The notes: generated by a model from the sequence alone, not told the origin. DNA of 64,000 nt from Promethearchaeota archaeon (GCA_019057865.1 JAHLWP010000002.1:96001-160000), one strand, 5' to 3'. Shown: positions 1-10,451, counted from the stretch's first letter. A program made the numbers and translations.

Positions 1-2
1 GA

Positions 3-248
3 GTCAATATCATAAATTTATTTAAATCTTCAACCATAGTTGTTAAGTTCCTTGTTGTATTTAGTTTTATTGGCTTAGCAATTGTAGGTATTTCTGTTTA
101 TGTTAATGTATTTTCATCGATATTTTTCAAATCTGAAAGTTTATCAAAAAATTTAGATGCTTTAAGGGATTTTGGAATTTATTTATTTGCATTCGCAGCA
201 ATTCCTTTTCTCTTTATGAAAGGTAAAGAGAAAAACAATTCAAAATAA
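3..248 (+). CDS. Partial (5'-truncated by window edge) small membrane protein
   Basis: Open frame 3 from the window edge: ...VVKFLVVFSFIGLAIVGISVYVNVFSSIFF...DFGIYLFAFAAIPFLFMKGKEKNNSK*; two hydrophobic stretches; TAA at 246-248. Confidence 0.65.
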   Translation, partial: VNIINLFKSSTIVVKFLVVFSFIGLAIVGISVYVNVFSSIFFKSESLSKNLDALRDFGIYLFAFAAIPFLFMKGKEKNNSK

Positions 249-272
249 ATAAGACAGTCATATTGAGAATTA

Positions 273-731
273 ATGAAGATAATTAGAAACTTGAGCCGAA
301 AATCTGTATTTTCTTTCATTTGTTTGGTTATCATTTCAATACTTACTCTTGTTGTCTTATTGAATTTGTATTTTTTAATAGAAATAATACGAAAAAAAGG
401 GACTAGTTATCAAGTTCAATTTCAGTCCATAAATTTCCTATTCGAATTATTAATATTATTAGGGGTTGGTTGTTTTCTTCTGATCTTATGGAAGAGATTA
501 TTTTCAGAGAAGAGAAAGAAGATAGAGCCTAAGTACAAAAGGATTTTTCTAATAATTTTATTAATAGGTGGCTTAATTCTCTTGATATTTATTCCATTAA
601 CGATAATTTTTTCTACTATTCCATTTGGTTTTGTTTTTAATAGTATTTTGAGGATTGGAATAATTTTATATATGTTTGGTTGGGCGATGTTATTAGCTGA
701 TAAAATAGAAAAACAAAAAATGGAAACATGA
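273..731 (+). CDS. Hypothetical 4-TM membrane protein
   Basis: 152 aa ORF with four hydrophobic segments separated by Lys-rich loops. Confidence 0.75.
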   Translation: MKIIRNLSRKSVFSFICLVIISILTLVVLLNLYFLIEIIRKKGTSYQVQFQSINFLFELLILLGVGCFLLILWKRLFSEKRKKIEPKYKRIFLIILLIGGLILLIFIPLTIIFSTIPFGFVFNSILRIGIILYMFGWAMLLADKIEKQKMET

Positions 732-819
732 TTGATATATAGTATTATTTTAACAATTGAATAAAATTAAATTAATTTATAACCGAAAAAAAAATGTCCT
801 CTGAACAGAATTCTCATTT

Positions 820-3081
820 TTACCTGCGCTTTTTAATTTGATATATTGATACCGAGCAAATAAGAGCAATAATTATGAATATTTCAAATATAAAGATATT
901 TTTCATTATAGAATTATGATTTGAATTATTATCTTCACTCATTAGACGATCATCATACTTAAATATATAGAGTGTGGTCCATGATGCACTATTTCCAGCA
1001 TTATCTATTGTACATGCTCTCAAGTAATAAATCCCAGTATTAACTGCTGGAGGATTAAAAATTGGATGTATAGTAAAATTATTGGATGTTCCATTAAGAT
1101 CAGTACCCCAATAATAATAGTATCCGGCTACACCTGAGTGAGAATCTAACCCATCGCCCCAAATGAAAAAGGGATCATTTACTAAGCCTTGCCAAATATC
1201 ACTTTTAGTAGAGCCAGCTAGTTGATCGCATGTTGTAGGATTTAGAGGAGCTATATTATCGAATTTAAAAGTGTAAAGCGTAGTCCATGATGCATTATTT
1301 TCTGCGTTATCTTTTGCTAGAATCCTTAGATAATACGTTCCCGAACTAACTGTTGGAGCATTAAAGCTTTCCAATGAAGTAAAGGAGGATGATATTCCGT
1401 TAGGATCAGTTCCCCAATAATAAAAATATCCTGCTATATTGGATTGAGCATCAGAAGCCCCACTCCAATTAAAATAAGGATCGTTTATAGTATTTTGCCA
1501 GATATTATTTTTTGTAGATCCTTCTAATTGGTCACACATTGTTGGGTTTATAGGTGGTGTATCATCATACTTAAAGACGTAGAGACTTTTCCATGATGCA
1601 TTATTTCCAATACTATCTTGAGTTTTTACTCGTAGATAATATATACCTGAGCTAACTGCTGGTGGATCATAACTTGAAGATGTGGTAAAAGAATTTGATG
1701 TTCCATTAGGATCAGGTCCCCAGTAATAATAATAACCTTTAACATTTGTATGAACATCTGAAGCACCATTCCAGCTGAAGGAAGGATTGTTTACCGAACC
1801 TTGCCATACATTATTCTCTGTCGAACCTTCTAATTGTACGCACGATGTAGGATTTAATGGAGGAGTAGCATCAATTAAAATCTTAGTGGGTGATATATAG
1901 TTTATATTATTGTCTTCATTGAATTCATCGATATCATTATTAATATCTAGAATTCTACCAATGTAATATCTTCCACTTGGCACATTTTCAGGAAAAATCC
2001 CTGACCAACCTGAAATTTTATATTTTGTAGGAGAAATTGAAAATATAGGTTCAATCCCTAGTAGATAATCCTCCTCTGAAAAAATAGTATCATTTGAAGC
2101 ATAATATGAAATAGTAAAAGACTCTGATGAGACTGTTCCTACATTATGAACTTCGCACCACGTTTTAAAATGTGTTATCCCAGCCCCAACAGTTGTAGTA
2201 TTGAAGCTGGCATAGTTATTAGTTCCAGAAGCTAAATCAGGTTTATTAATGGATGTCTCATCAGCAAAGATCCAATTATTTATGGCATATAACTTATTTT
2301 GATTTATTGTTGTTCCATGATTACTGCCAGAACCATCATCACCGCATGTATGGACAGAGAGGATAAATGGATCAGTTCCGTTATCGAACCAAACAGGAGC
2401 TCCACTCATACCTCCTTCTGTATCCAAATAATACCAATGATTATTTTCAGTTGCAATACGTCCACTTTCATAGCACCAGTACATATTTTGTCCACTATCT
2501 AAATCGTAAGGATAACCAGCTATGTTAAGAGCTCCTCTATAGACTGAATCTGATGTTTCTCCAGAATATAATTCCATCCATCCTGTTTGCAGACCAATAT
2601 CTTGGTCAAGGGTTAAAAGCGCCAAATCATATTGAGTGTATTCACTTTCTATCCAATAAGTATATGTTCGCATATTAATCACCCAAGTATACCCATAAGG
2701 CTCATTTCCATTATCAACAGCTGGTGAAACTTTTATTGAGTCAGCCCATCCACCAAGAGAATTTTGATATACACAGTGTCCAGCAGTCAGCACATGATTT
2801 TTATCGATTATCACGCCTGAACCAATATAATTCGAGCCTCCCCAAGTTATGCGTAGTTTTACAATTGTACTCCATGGATAAGAGGTTGTTGGAGTTATTC
2901 TTACTCTATCATCATCTCCAAGTACATTGGATAAGAACAAAATATTTTCATTTTTATTATTTGAATTTACTGTCTTGATACTGATTGTAGATGGAATATA
3001 TGTAAAAACAACTATAAAAATAATTATTAAGACAAAATTTCTTTTACTATACTTGATTTTCAAATTGTTATGCTCCAACAA
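820..3081 (-). CDS. Secreted/membrane-anchored trypsin-like (V8/glutamyl endopeptidase type) serine protease with CARDB-like and three Fn3/Ig-like repeats
   Basis: N-terminal hydrophobic leader; catalytic motifs TAGHC, YDLALLTL, GGMSGAP; CARDB-like NVG...DINNDIDEFNEDNN; three ~102 aa repeats; C-terminal TM followed by KKRR. Confidence 0.9.
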   Translation of the reverse strand: MLEHNNLKIKYSKRNFVLIIIFIVVFTYIPSTISIKTVNSNNKNENILFLSNVLGDDDRVRITPTTSYPWSTIVKLRITWGGSNYIGSGVIIDKNHVLTAGHCVYQNSLGGWADSIKVSPAVDNGNEPYGYTWVINMRTYTYWIESEYTQYDLALLTLDQDIGLQTGWMELYSGETSDSVYRGALNIAGYPYDLDSGQNMYWCYESGRIATENNHWYYLDTEGGMSGAPVWFDNGTDPFILSVHTCGDDGSGSNHGTTINQNKLYAINNWIFADETSINKPDLASGTNNYASFNTTTVGAGITHFKTWCEVHNVGTVSSESFTISYYASNDTIFSEEDYLLGIEPIFSISPTKYKISGWSGIFPENVPSGRYYIGRILDINNDIDEFNEDNNINYISPTKILIDATPPLNPTSCVQLEGSTENNVWQGSVNNPSFSWNGASDVHTNVKGYYYYWGPDPNGTSNSFTTSSSYDPPAVSSGIYYLRVKTQDSIGNNASWKSLYVFKYDDTPPINPTMCDQLEGSTKNNIWQNTINDPYFNWSGASDAQSNIAGYFYYWGTDPNGISSSFTSLESFNAPTVSSGTYYLRILAKDNAENNASWTTLYTFKFDNIAPLNPTTCDQLAGSTKSDIWQGLVNDPFFIWGDGLDSHSGVAGYYYYWGTDLNGTSNNFTIHPIFNPPAVNTGIYYLRACTIDNAGNSASWTTLYIFKYDDRLMSEDNNSNHNSIMKNIFIFEIFIIIALICSVSIYQIKKRR
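950..1870 (-). repeat. Three ~306 bp intragenic repeats (DxTPPxNPTxCxQLxGST..WQ..GYYYYWG)
   Basis: ccccartaataa anchors at ~1107, ~1413 and ~1719, 306 bp apart. Confidence 0.85.
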
Positions 3082-3167
3082 GACTTCTTATATCCTTCTT
3101 TTCTATATTAAGACATAAAAAGTAAACACAAAGAGGAATAAAAAAAAAATAAAAGTATGAATTCCTG

Positions 3168-6100
3168 TTAATCCCAATCTTTAAAAGCCGAATCCTTTAA
3201 ATCATTAAAGTCTCCATTGGATCCGGTTTTACATACTTCTTTTTTAACCTTTTCGCCTTGATCTATTTGTTTTTCCTTTTTTCTTTCTCCTTTAACCCAT
3301 CTTCCACCTTTAACTGTTGCCACCATAATAGAAGCTGATATTGCTACGCTCAAACCTGCTAAGATTGTGCCACTCACTTTAAGCTTAAAAGGATCTGGTT
3401 CTGAAATCGTTTGTAGGTATGATAGTATATTTTGACCATTTGGATAATAATCATCAACGATAATAATATTAAAAAAGTATTTTCCTAATCCATTGTATCC
3501 ATAGGTTAGAGTAAATTTTGAATGGCTTATGTAATCTTTTCGACTGAAATTTAAAGTTATAAGATCTTGGTCATCTTTTAAAATATCAATAGATAATGTC
3601 GAATTATAAACTGGTTGAAATCCCGAGTTGAATTTCCGAGATATGTTTATTTCAAAGTTAATCCATTCCTTATCCTTTAAAATTGTATAATTAACAATTT
3701 GTTCAAACTCAGTTTGAAAGAATACCGGAGTCTGACCAATTACTTTTGAACCTTCATATACCTTTATATCCCCCTCAACATAAGGATAATAGTTAGGATC
3801 TTCTGGAATCATCAAATTTAATTGATAAGTTTTATCGAATTGTCTCTCAAGGATTAAAACGCCAAACTGGATGCTTTCGAATTTAACAGAAGTATAAGGA
3901 CCAAAGTTGGATAGAATTATATTACTAAAAGATGTTGAAATTGTATTAACACTTCCTAAATTAATCGATTCATCATATTCGCATATAAATTTTAATTCAC
4001 TATTTTTTGCCATTTCACAAATCCATAGAAGAATCTCTTGCTTAATCATTTGGTGATCAGAACTTATATAAAACTCATTCAAATCCTCTGAATATAGTGA
4101 TTTAACTAAATCCCCCGTTAATTCAAGGTTAAAATCAATCTCCAAATCCAAAATTTCTGAAATTTTATAAGAATAATAGATATTGTTTATATTATCATAA
4201 TTTATGTTTTGGAGAACATAATCTTTGATCTTTTGACTGTTTAAATCATAAAGATCCAGTGCTTTTAGAATATAGATCATGTAATAAGTATTTTGTAAGA
4301 TAATATCGACATTGGAAGTGTATCGAGGATCAAAATAGAGTGTGGAAGAGGTTTCAATGATATTTCTTTCAATATATCCATATAGTGCTCCTTTATCAAA
4401 AGATAAATTAACTATACTTCCTAAATTCAGATGGTTAACTAGCACTTCTAACGATTTTGTGGCATAATAGGAGTATTTAAAGAATATCTTCTTTATTTGG
4501 CTTTCATATGAAAAGAAGGAATTTCCACGCATAGGTAAAAATGCTCCGTAATATTCTGGATAAGAATCGCTTAGAAACTGTGATTGTATTATATCATTAA
4601 TCAGAATTTCTAGTCCAAATTCTCCCTTAAAGTCATCCAATTTAAATAGCTTATTCATTGAATCTAAGGCAAAAAAGAGCGATTTAAAAGTCATTACCAT
4701 ATCAATTTCGGTAATATAATTACGATGTCCTATATTATAGTATTCAATAGGACGAGAACGAAATCCAGGCATCAGAGGATCAGCATTTATATAATCTAGA
4801 AACCCATACCAATATTCAGGATAATCATATTGTCTGAAACATTCCTTTATGACTAAATAAAGATTTTGTATATCCAAATCTGATATTCGATCAAACAATT
4901 GAAATGATGATACAATTGTATTGATAAGCTTTAGAGAGGTATATTCTTTAGAAGTAAGTGAAAAGCCCTTAAACTGATAAAAATTTTTAACTGCATTAGC
5001 AATTTGAATTTTTTCAGAAGAAGTTAAGGTAGAAATTGTACCTGTGGAGTTTAAAGACCGAATAATCTGGAATGTGTCGATTAACTCATACATGGTAACT
5101 GTTGTTGAGGAATCCCATATACTAAGATGATTTCTGTGGTTTAATATAAAGTTAAGTACAGCATTTTGATTTATACTTGAATATCCTGTTGTTAGAGAAA
5201 GATCTAAGCCAATTGCAGTAGCAACAATATTAGTATAGTTATGATCCAGCTTAGACATTTCAAAATAATTTTCATTTATAATATATAACTCATTGAGAAA
5301 TTGATGAAAACTTACCTTATTAATGGTGGCTCCCATTTCAAATACTTCTAAAGTTTTAATACAATAGTAAGAAGAAAGAAGGCTGGGTTCTTTAGTTGGA
5401 GCTAAACTGTCAAATGTATTATTGTTATCATTAGGAAAACCTCCATATCTCCAATTAGTGCTTATTGAATCTTGTAGGTCATTTATATATTGTATTACCT
5501 CATTTTTACTAGCTGTATAACTACTCCAATCATCCATTAACAAGTCTAATGTCATCACTGCAAAGTATGTATTATCCATAGTAGAAATTTTAAAGTAATT
5601 GTCTAAATCCACATTGTAGGGTTGTCCAATAAATCCACTTGAGACTGGATTGTAACAACTCCAAATGAAATCGATTGATTTTTGGATGTCAATTAAATCC
5701 AACTTATTTAATAAATCTAAGGATAAAACAGCATAACAATTAACTTCAAGAAGCGTAGCAAGAGAATAATATGTACGTGAGAAATCTGTGTCCAAGTATC
5801 TATAAGCATATTTATCATAGAAAATATTAGTATTATTATCATAGCAAGACATTATGAACTCTATTGTATCATTTACATTAACCTGATCTAACTGTTCAAT
5901 GATTTCATATATATAAAGTGCATAAAATGTTGCTTGCAAGGATGGTTCATATACTTGCGGAAAATATCCTAAAGAGGAATAATCTGATAATTTATCTGAA
6001 AACATCTCTTGAATTATATCATAGTTAGTTTTTGAAGCAGAGATGATTGGCTTATTATTAATCTCATTTTTTATATCAATCTGCTCATTTTGAATAAATT

Positions 6101-6206
6101 CTTGGCGAAACCGGGTATCTTGACCTAAATTTCCCTCAATTAAAAATATTGAACTGATACACATTAGAAAACAAAAGCAAAACAAAACTTTTTGAACTCT
6201 TTTCAA
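3168..6206 (-). CDS. Large membrane-anchored prenyltransferase/squalene-oxidase-repeat (alpha/alpha toroid) protein
   Basis: Signal peptide; repeated motifs FIWSCYNPVSSGF, NTYFAVMTLDLL, SSYYCIKTLEV; C-terminal TM and charged tail. Confidence 0.75.
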   Translation of the reverse strand: MKRVQKVLFCFCFLMCISSIFLIEGNLGQDTRFRQEFIQNEQIDIKNEINNKPIISASKTNYDIIQEMFSDKLSDYSSLGYFPQVYEPSLQATFYALYIYEIIEQLDQVNVNDTIEFIMSCYDNNTNIFYDKYAYRYLDTDFSRTYYSLATLLEVNCYAVLSLDLLNKLDLIDIQKSIDFIWSCYNPVSSGFIGQPYNVDLDNYFKISTMDNTYFAVMTLDLLMDDWSSYTASKNEVIQYINDLQDSISTNWRYGGFPNDNNNTFDSLAPTKEPSLLSSYYCIKTLEVFEMGATINKVSFHQFLNELYIINENYFEMSKLDHNYTNIVATAIGLDLSLTTGYSSINQNAVLNFILNHRNHLSIWDSSTTVTMYELIDTFQIIRSLNSTGTISTLTSSEKIQIANAVKNFYQFKGFSLTSKEYTSLKLINTIVSSFQLFDRISDLDIQNLYLVIKECFRQYDYPEYWYGFLDYINADPLMPGFRSRPIEYYNIGHRNYITEIDMVMTFKSLFFALDSMNKLFKLDDFKGEFGLEILINDIIQSQFLSDSYPEYYGAFLPMRGNSFFSYESQIKKIFFKYSYYATKSLEVLVNHLNLGSIVNLSFDKGALYGYIERNIIETSSTLYFDPRYTSNVDIILQNTYYMIYILKALDLYDLNSQKIKDYVLQNINYDNINNIYYSYKISEILDLEIDFNLELTGDLVKSLYSEDLNEFYISSDHQMIKQEILLWICEMAKNSELKFICEYDESINLGSVNTISTSFSNIILSNFGPYTSVKFESIQFGVLILERQFDKTYQLNLMIPEDPNYYPYVEGDIKVYEGSKVIGQTPVFFQTEFEQIVNYTILKDKEWINFEINISRKFNSGFQPVYNSTLSIDILKDDQDLITLNFSRKDYISHSKFTLTYGYNGLGKYFFNIIIVDDYYPNGQNILSYLQTISEPDPFKLKVSGTILAGLSVAISASIMVATVKGGRWVKGERKKEKQIDQGEKVKKEVCKTGSNGDFNDLKDSAFKDWD

Positions 6207-6221
6207 TTTTTACATCACCAT

Positions 6222-6566
6222 TTAGATATCATCTATTATGCCTATAATTGCGCCAATAAAGACCAAAATACCAGGTAAAATTTTACAGAAAATGAAAAGT
6301 AGTACCCCAAATACAATAAGGGTAAGCCAATGCCATGGTATGGGATCATCAGGTTTCATTGTAACTAGAAATGTTAAAGTAGCGGTTATCATTCCAATAA
6401 TAATACCATTAACTCCGTTTATGCTGAAACCTATGGGCCATATAGTAAATTTCTCAGTATTTAAGAGAGTAAAAAAGCAAAATATAAATCCTAAGAGTGC
6501 TCCAAAGGCTGTACAAAACTTTATTATTTTATTATGTTTGTAGTTTTTTACCATTTTTAGAATCAT
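6222..6566 (-). CDS. Small 4-TM membrane protein
   Basis: 114 aa hydrophobic ORF co-directional with and 16 bp upstream of 3168..6206; KPDDPIPWHW loop. Confidence 0.75.
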   Translation of the reverse strand: MILKMVKNYKHNKIIKFCTAFGALLGFIFCFFTLLNTEKFTIWPIGFSINGVNGIIIGMITATLTFLVTMKPDDPIPWHWLTLIVFGVLLFIFCKILPGILVFIGAIIGIIDDI

Positions 6567-6830
6567 TTTTAAATTTAATTTTTCTGAAAAAGATATTCAA
6601 CTCAGTATATTTAAATAAAAAATATGAATAAAAAATCCAAACAAGAATTAATTGTCTTTCTCAATTCTATCTATGAAACCTTATAATTTTTTATCTAAAT
6701 CATAAGACTCTATTAATTTAAAAGAAAAACCATGTTTTAATAACCACAATTAACTCTTTATTAACCAGATTTAAAAACTAGTTATTGTTATTTATTATAG
6801 TACTTTTACATTTTTGGAAATCTAGTCATT

Positions 6831-7661
6831 ATGAGCTGGGAAAAGAAAAAATTTTTAATTGTTGTAAAAGCTTATCCAGAAAGGAGTGGTTCATACGGTT
6901 CTACTATTTGTATGGCAGGTCTAACTGAAGATAATGAGTGGATTCGAATCTATCCTGTAGTTTTTGACTATTACATTAAAAAGCTCAAATTTGAAAAATT
7001 TACGTGGATTGAAGCAGAAATTAGGAAAGCTAAGGAGAAACTGAAGAGAAAAGAGAGTTATAAAGTTAATATGGATTCAATTAGAGTAGTGGATACATCA
7101 TTAGTATTAAAAGGAAAAACTGAAAAAGAAAAAAGAAAAATCTGGTCTAAAAGACGTGAAATAATAAATAATAATTTAAGTTCTTCAATTTATGAATTGA
7201 AAGAAAATTGGAAAAAAAATAACTTATCCCTAGGAGTAATAAAACCTAAACTAATTGATTTGCATTTTAGAAAACCAATAGATGATATAAAAATAGAGCA
7301 TGAGAAATTAATTCAAAAGACTCTCGATGGAAAAAAAATATCAGTAGCGGATCAAATTGAGCATAAAATAAGTTATAAATTTAAATGTCAAGATTCAAAA
7401 TGTTCATGTAATTATACAAAAAAAAAGCACCATAATATTATTTGTGAAGACTGGGAATTGGGTGAATCATTAAGAACTTGGGATTACTCTTCAGAGGAAA
7501 AAGAAATGAAAATAAGGCAAAAGTATTTTGATGAGATGAAAATTAAGAGAGATTTATATTTCTTTATGGGAATGTATTCTCAATTTACTACATGGTTAAT
7601 CATAGGTTTGTTTTATCCACCAAAAATTGGTGAAGGAATTGGACTTTCAAGATTTATATGA
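6831..7661 (+). CDS. Conserved hypothetical protein (KAYP..S..YG.TICMAG...WIRIYPV family; possibly dual-OB-like nucleic-acid binding), partner of DUF488
   Basis: N-terminal CxAG/WIRxYP motif, RKESY motif, C-x4-C...H zinc-like motif, DWELG, FFMG...WLIIGLFYPPK. Confidence 0.75.
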   Translation: MSWEKKKFLIVVKAYPERSGSYGSTICMAGLTEDNEWIRIYPVVFDYYIKKLKFEKFTWIEAEIRKAKEKLKRKESYKVNMDSIRVVDTSLVLKGKTEKEKRKIWSKRREIINNNLSSSIYELKENWKKNNLSLGVIKPKLIDLHFRKPIDDIKIEHEKLIQKTLDGKKISVADQIEHKISYKFKCQDSKCSCNYTKKKHHNIICEDWELGESLRTWDYSSEEKEMKIRQKYFDEMKIKRDLYFFMGMYSQFTTWLIIGLFYPPKIGEGIGLSRFI

Positions 7662-7734
7662 GAAAATATAGAAGGATTTTTTATTTTTAAATAATTGGAA
7701 TATAAGATCAGAAAAGAATAAAATAGTATGAAAA

Positions 7735-8802
7735 ATGAAAATTAAAATTTCAAAAATAAATGTTGGTAAACACTCAATAAGAGATAGTATAGATGCGAAT
7801 CACGTTAAAGAAATTAAGAATAGTTTTAAAATAGATGGACAGTGGGATCCAATAATTGTTAGACCAGATATAAACGGAAATTACGATTTAGTTGCTGGAC
7901 ATTATCGTTTACAAGCGGCAAAAGAATTAAGATGGAATGAAATTGAAGCCACTATAAAAGATTTAGAAGATATCGATGCGGATGTTTTATCTTTAAAGAC
8001 CAATTTAATGCATTCAGAAATGAGCCCAACTGAGAAAGGAAAGGTAATTAATAAACTAATAACTACTTATGGAATTTCTCAGAAAGATCTTTCATTCAAA
8101 CTTGGAATAAGTCAAGCACAAGTTAGTAAGTTATTAACTTTAGCTCTATCTTTACATAAATCAGTTGTTGATTCTTTGAACTCTGGAAAAATTAACTATG
8201 GTGTTGCTTCTGTAATTGGTAGCTTAGACCCTAACCAACAGCCAAGTTTTCTTAAAATTATTACAGAGAGGAAAATTACTCAACCATCAGAAGCAAGCAC
8301 ACTAAAAGCTAAATTTTTAAACAACACAATTTATACTATTGGATATCAAGGAAAAAATCTAGATTCTTTACTAGAAATTTTAAAAGAAACTAAGATTGAC
8401 GTTCTTATTGATATTAGAGAATCTGGTAAAAGTAGTAATAAACCAGAATTTAATTCAGAAATATTAAAAAGAGAATTTCAGAAGATTAATATAAAATATA
8501 TACATAAATCTGAGTTAGGAGTTATATATCAGATTAGAACACCATATATAGAGGAATACATTGATGACAAAGCTTTTAAGGGATGGTATAGATGGCATTT
8601 AAAAGATATTGAATTCGATATCTCAGAATTCATAAAATTCCTTAAAAATAATGGAAGTACTTGTTTAATGTGCATGGAGGAATATGCAAAACCAATTAAA
8701 GCTCAAAAATATTATTGTCATAGAGATTTTCTAGCTGATCTCATAATAAATCATAAATCTGAAGATCCTCTGCTTAAATTTGAAAATAGAATAGATCTAT
8801 AG
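7735..8802 (+). CDS. ParB/Srx-HTH-DUF488 fusion protein
   Basis: ParB motifs GQWDPIIVRP and VAGHYRLQA, HTH (ISQKDLSFKLGISQAQVSKLL), then DUF488 motifs IYTIGY, LIDIR, YIHKSELG, CLMCME...CHR. Confidence 0.85.
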   Translation: MKIKISKINVGKHSIRDSIDANHVKEIKNSFKIDGQWDPIIVRPDINGNYDLVAGHYRLQAAKELRWNEIEATIKDLEDIDADVLSLKTNLMHSEMSPTEKGKVINKLITTYGISQKDLSFKLGISQAQVSKLLTLALSLHKSVVDSLNSGKINYGVASVIGSLDPNQQPSFLKIITERKITQPSEASTLKAKFLNNTIYTIGYQGKNLDSLLEILKETKIDVLIDIRESGKSSNKPEFNSEILKREFQKINIKYIHKSELGVIYQIRTPYIEEYIDDKAFKGWYRWHLKDIEFDISEFIKFLKNNGSTCLMCMEEYAKPIKAQKYYCHRDFLADLIINHKSEDPLLKFENRIDL

Positions 8803-8923
8803 ACTTTAAAAATAAAATCTCTTATTGGGAATTTTAATATGGAGTTCAATAAATTTATTTATAAGATTAATACTACCATTCATTTTTATCTTGTTTAAGA
8901 TTAATGGAATTTTCTTGGTTATA

Positions 8924-9394
8924 TTATACGTTATTGCTTTCCCAATAAGTTTTATGGTAGTTGTTTTTATACCTATCTTTTTCACTTCTAGCTACAAAGT
9001 AAGCTAAGATAAAACCAACAAGAACAAGTAATCCGCAAAATATTAGTAAAAACCCATTAAAAATTCCCTCAGATCCTTTAATAATCAAAATTGCTATTCC
9101 TAATTCTAATGGTAGAACTGAAAGAAAACTAAATGCTCCACCTATGTAAAACACATGCTCCCACTTAATTTTCCTTTCTTTTTCTGATTGAGTAAAATTA
9201 TAATATAATAGAGTTAGTATGAATACAATTCCTATCTGTAAGAAATAAAAACCAAAAAAGAATAATAAAAATTTATCAATGAGAGTTAATCCTTTTAAAT
9301 AAAATAAAGAAGAAAATAGTAAAAAACTAATAATAAAGAAGGAGACCAGAAATAAATAATAAAATACTTTACTTTTAACATCGTGAAAAATCAT
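8924..9394 (-). CDS. Hypothetical 4-TM membrane protein
   Basis: 156 aa ORF with four hydrophobic segments. Confidence 0.7.
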   Translation of the reverse strand: MIFHDVKSKVFYYLFLVSFFIISFLLFSSLFYLKGLTLIDKFLLFFFGFYFLQIGIVFILTLLYYNFTQSEKERKIKWEHVFYIGGAFSFLSVLPLELGIAILIIKGSEGIFNGFLLIFCGLLVLVGFILAYFVARSEKDRYKNNYHKTYWESNNV

Positions 9395-9443
9395 CTATAT
9401 ATAATACTAGTACTAATTCTAATATTAAAATATGATATTTCCC

Positions 9444-9578
9444 TTAATGATCTTCCTCTTCACCGTTACCCTCAAGTATTTCATTTACAAATTTCTCAAA
9501 TCTATCAAAACCCTCTGAATCAGCATCAGTAGAACTTAAAGTTTCCTTTTTCTCTTTAGGAATTGAATTCTTGAGCAT
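9444..9578 (-). pseudogene. 44 aa ORF/remnant homologous to the C-terminus of 11174..11488
   Basis: Manual translation MLKNSIPKEKKETLSSTDADSEGFDRFEKFVNEILEGNGEEEDH*; shares ctgaatcagcatcagtagaacttaaa with the copy at ~11236. Confidence 0.7.
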
Positions 9579-9626
9579 TCATGCTTAATTTAAATTTATA
9601 AGTAATTTTTAAAATCCTTTTTTATA

Positions 9627-10451
9627 CTAAGATTTTTTGAATACCCTAAAGAAACTGAAAATAATTAAACTAAAACCTGAAATAGATAGTATTAATAACA
9701 ATATAACAAAAGGGGAATTAAATTGAAAGATATCTATTGCATTATCTGATGGAAGAAGAAGATAAGCATAATATAAAATAAATGCTACCATAATCTGCAT
9801 CATAAATCCAATACGAGGAAATAATCTAAATATATTTTTACTTTTTTTAGATTTAAGAATTATTTTTCCTTCTCCTCTCTGGTTATACTGAAGTCTTTTA
9901 CTTAAGTAATTATAAATATTTAAATATAAATATAGAATAAATAAACTTGTTAAGAAAAAAAGCCCCCAATAACGATATTCATATGTTAAACCTAAATCTA
10001 GTTTAGAAGTCTTTAAATAATAAAAAATATAAAAAATAAGACTAAAAATAAGAACAAAAAAGAGAACTAAAAGAATTAGGTAGTTTAAAAGTTTAAATTT
10101 TGTAATATTCAATTTCCTTTCCTTTATCTTAATTCCATTCTTTTTTTTCTTTGATTTTAATAAAATTACCTTTACCAACTCTTGGGGTGCATCAGCTTTT
10201 TGTGCTATTTCTTCTGATGAAAGATTTGGATATTTTTGAATTATTGATTTAATCTCATTAATTCTTTCTTTTTTTAGAATTATTACAATAGTAAAAATAT
10301 AAATAATTGTTGATAGGAAAAATGCTGTAAAAGTGAGGACAATATCAAGTATTCGAATAATTCCTAATATTAGAATTACAACTATTATCATAAAATACAT
10401 TAACCTAATAACTAGTTTTGTTTTAATCATAACTTTACGAGATTTAATCAT
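9627..10451 (-). CDS. Hypothetical multi-TM membrane protein with an internal HTH-like loop
   Basis: About six TM segments; soluble insert YPNLSSEEIAQKADAPQELVKVIL. Confidence 0.7.
   Translation of the reverse strand: MIKSRKVMIKTKLVIRLMYFMIIVVILILGIIRILDIVLTFTAFFLSTIIYIFTIVIILKKERINEIKSIIQKYPNLSSEEIAQKADAPQELVKVILLKSKKKKNGIKIKERKLNITKFKLLNYLILLVLFFVLIFSLIFYIFYYLKTSKLDLGLTYEYRYWGLFFLTSLFILYLYLNIYNYLSKRLQYNQRGEGKIILKSKKSKNIFRLFPRIGFMMQIMVAFILYYAYLLLPSDNAIDIFQFNSPFVILLLILSISGFSLIIFSFFRVFKKS

Noticed and set aside
6238-6543. Antisense ORFs in the track (also 2299, 2724, 12502, 13476, 15478, 16674, 17146, 27062, 33189, 34262, 35763, 45149, 52567, 52813, 63286 and similar)
   Set aside because: They lie opposite or inside well-supported genes and have no motifs; shadow ORFs
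7735-8802. Chromosome partitioning parB
   Set aside because: No adjacent parA, and the C-terminus is DUF488 rather than a dimerisation domain; the only MinD-like ATPase in the window is CooC-type
8825-9007. 60 aa hydrophobic plus-strand ORF as a third gene of the ParB-DUF488 module
   Set aside because: It overlaps the 3' end of a minus-strand gene and T-rich DNA gives hydrophobic ORFs by chance; cannot be supported
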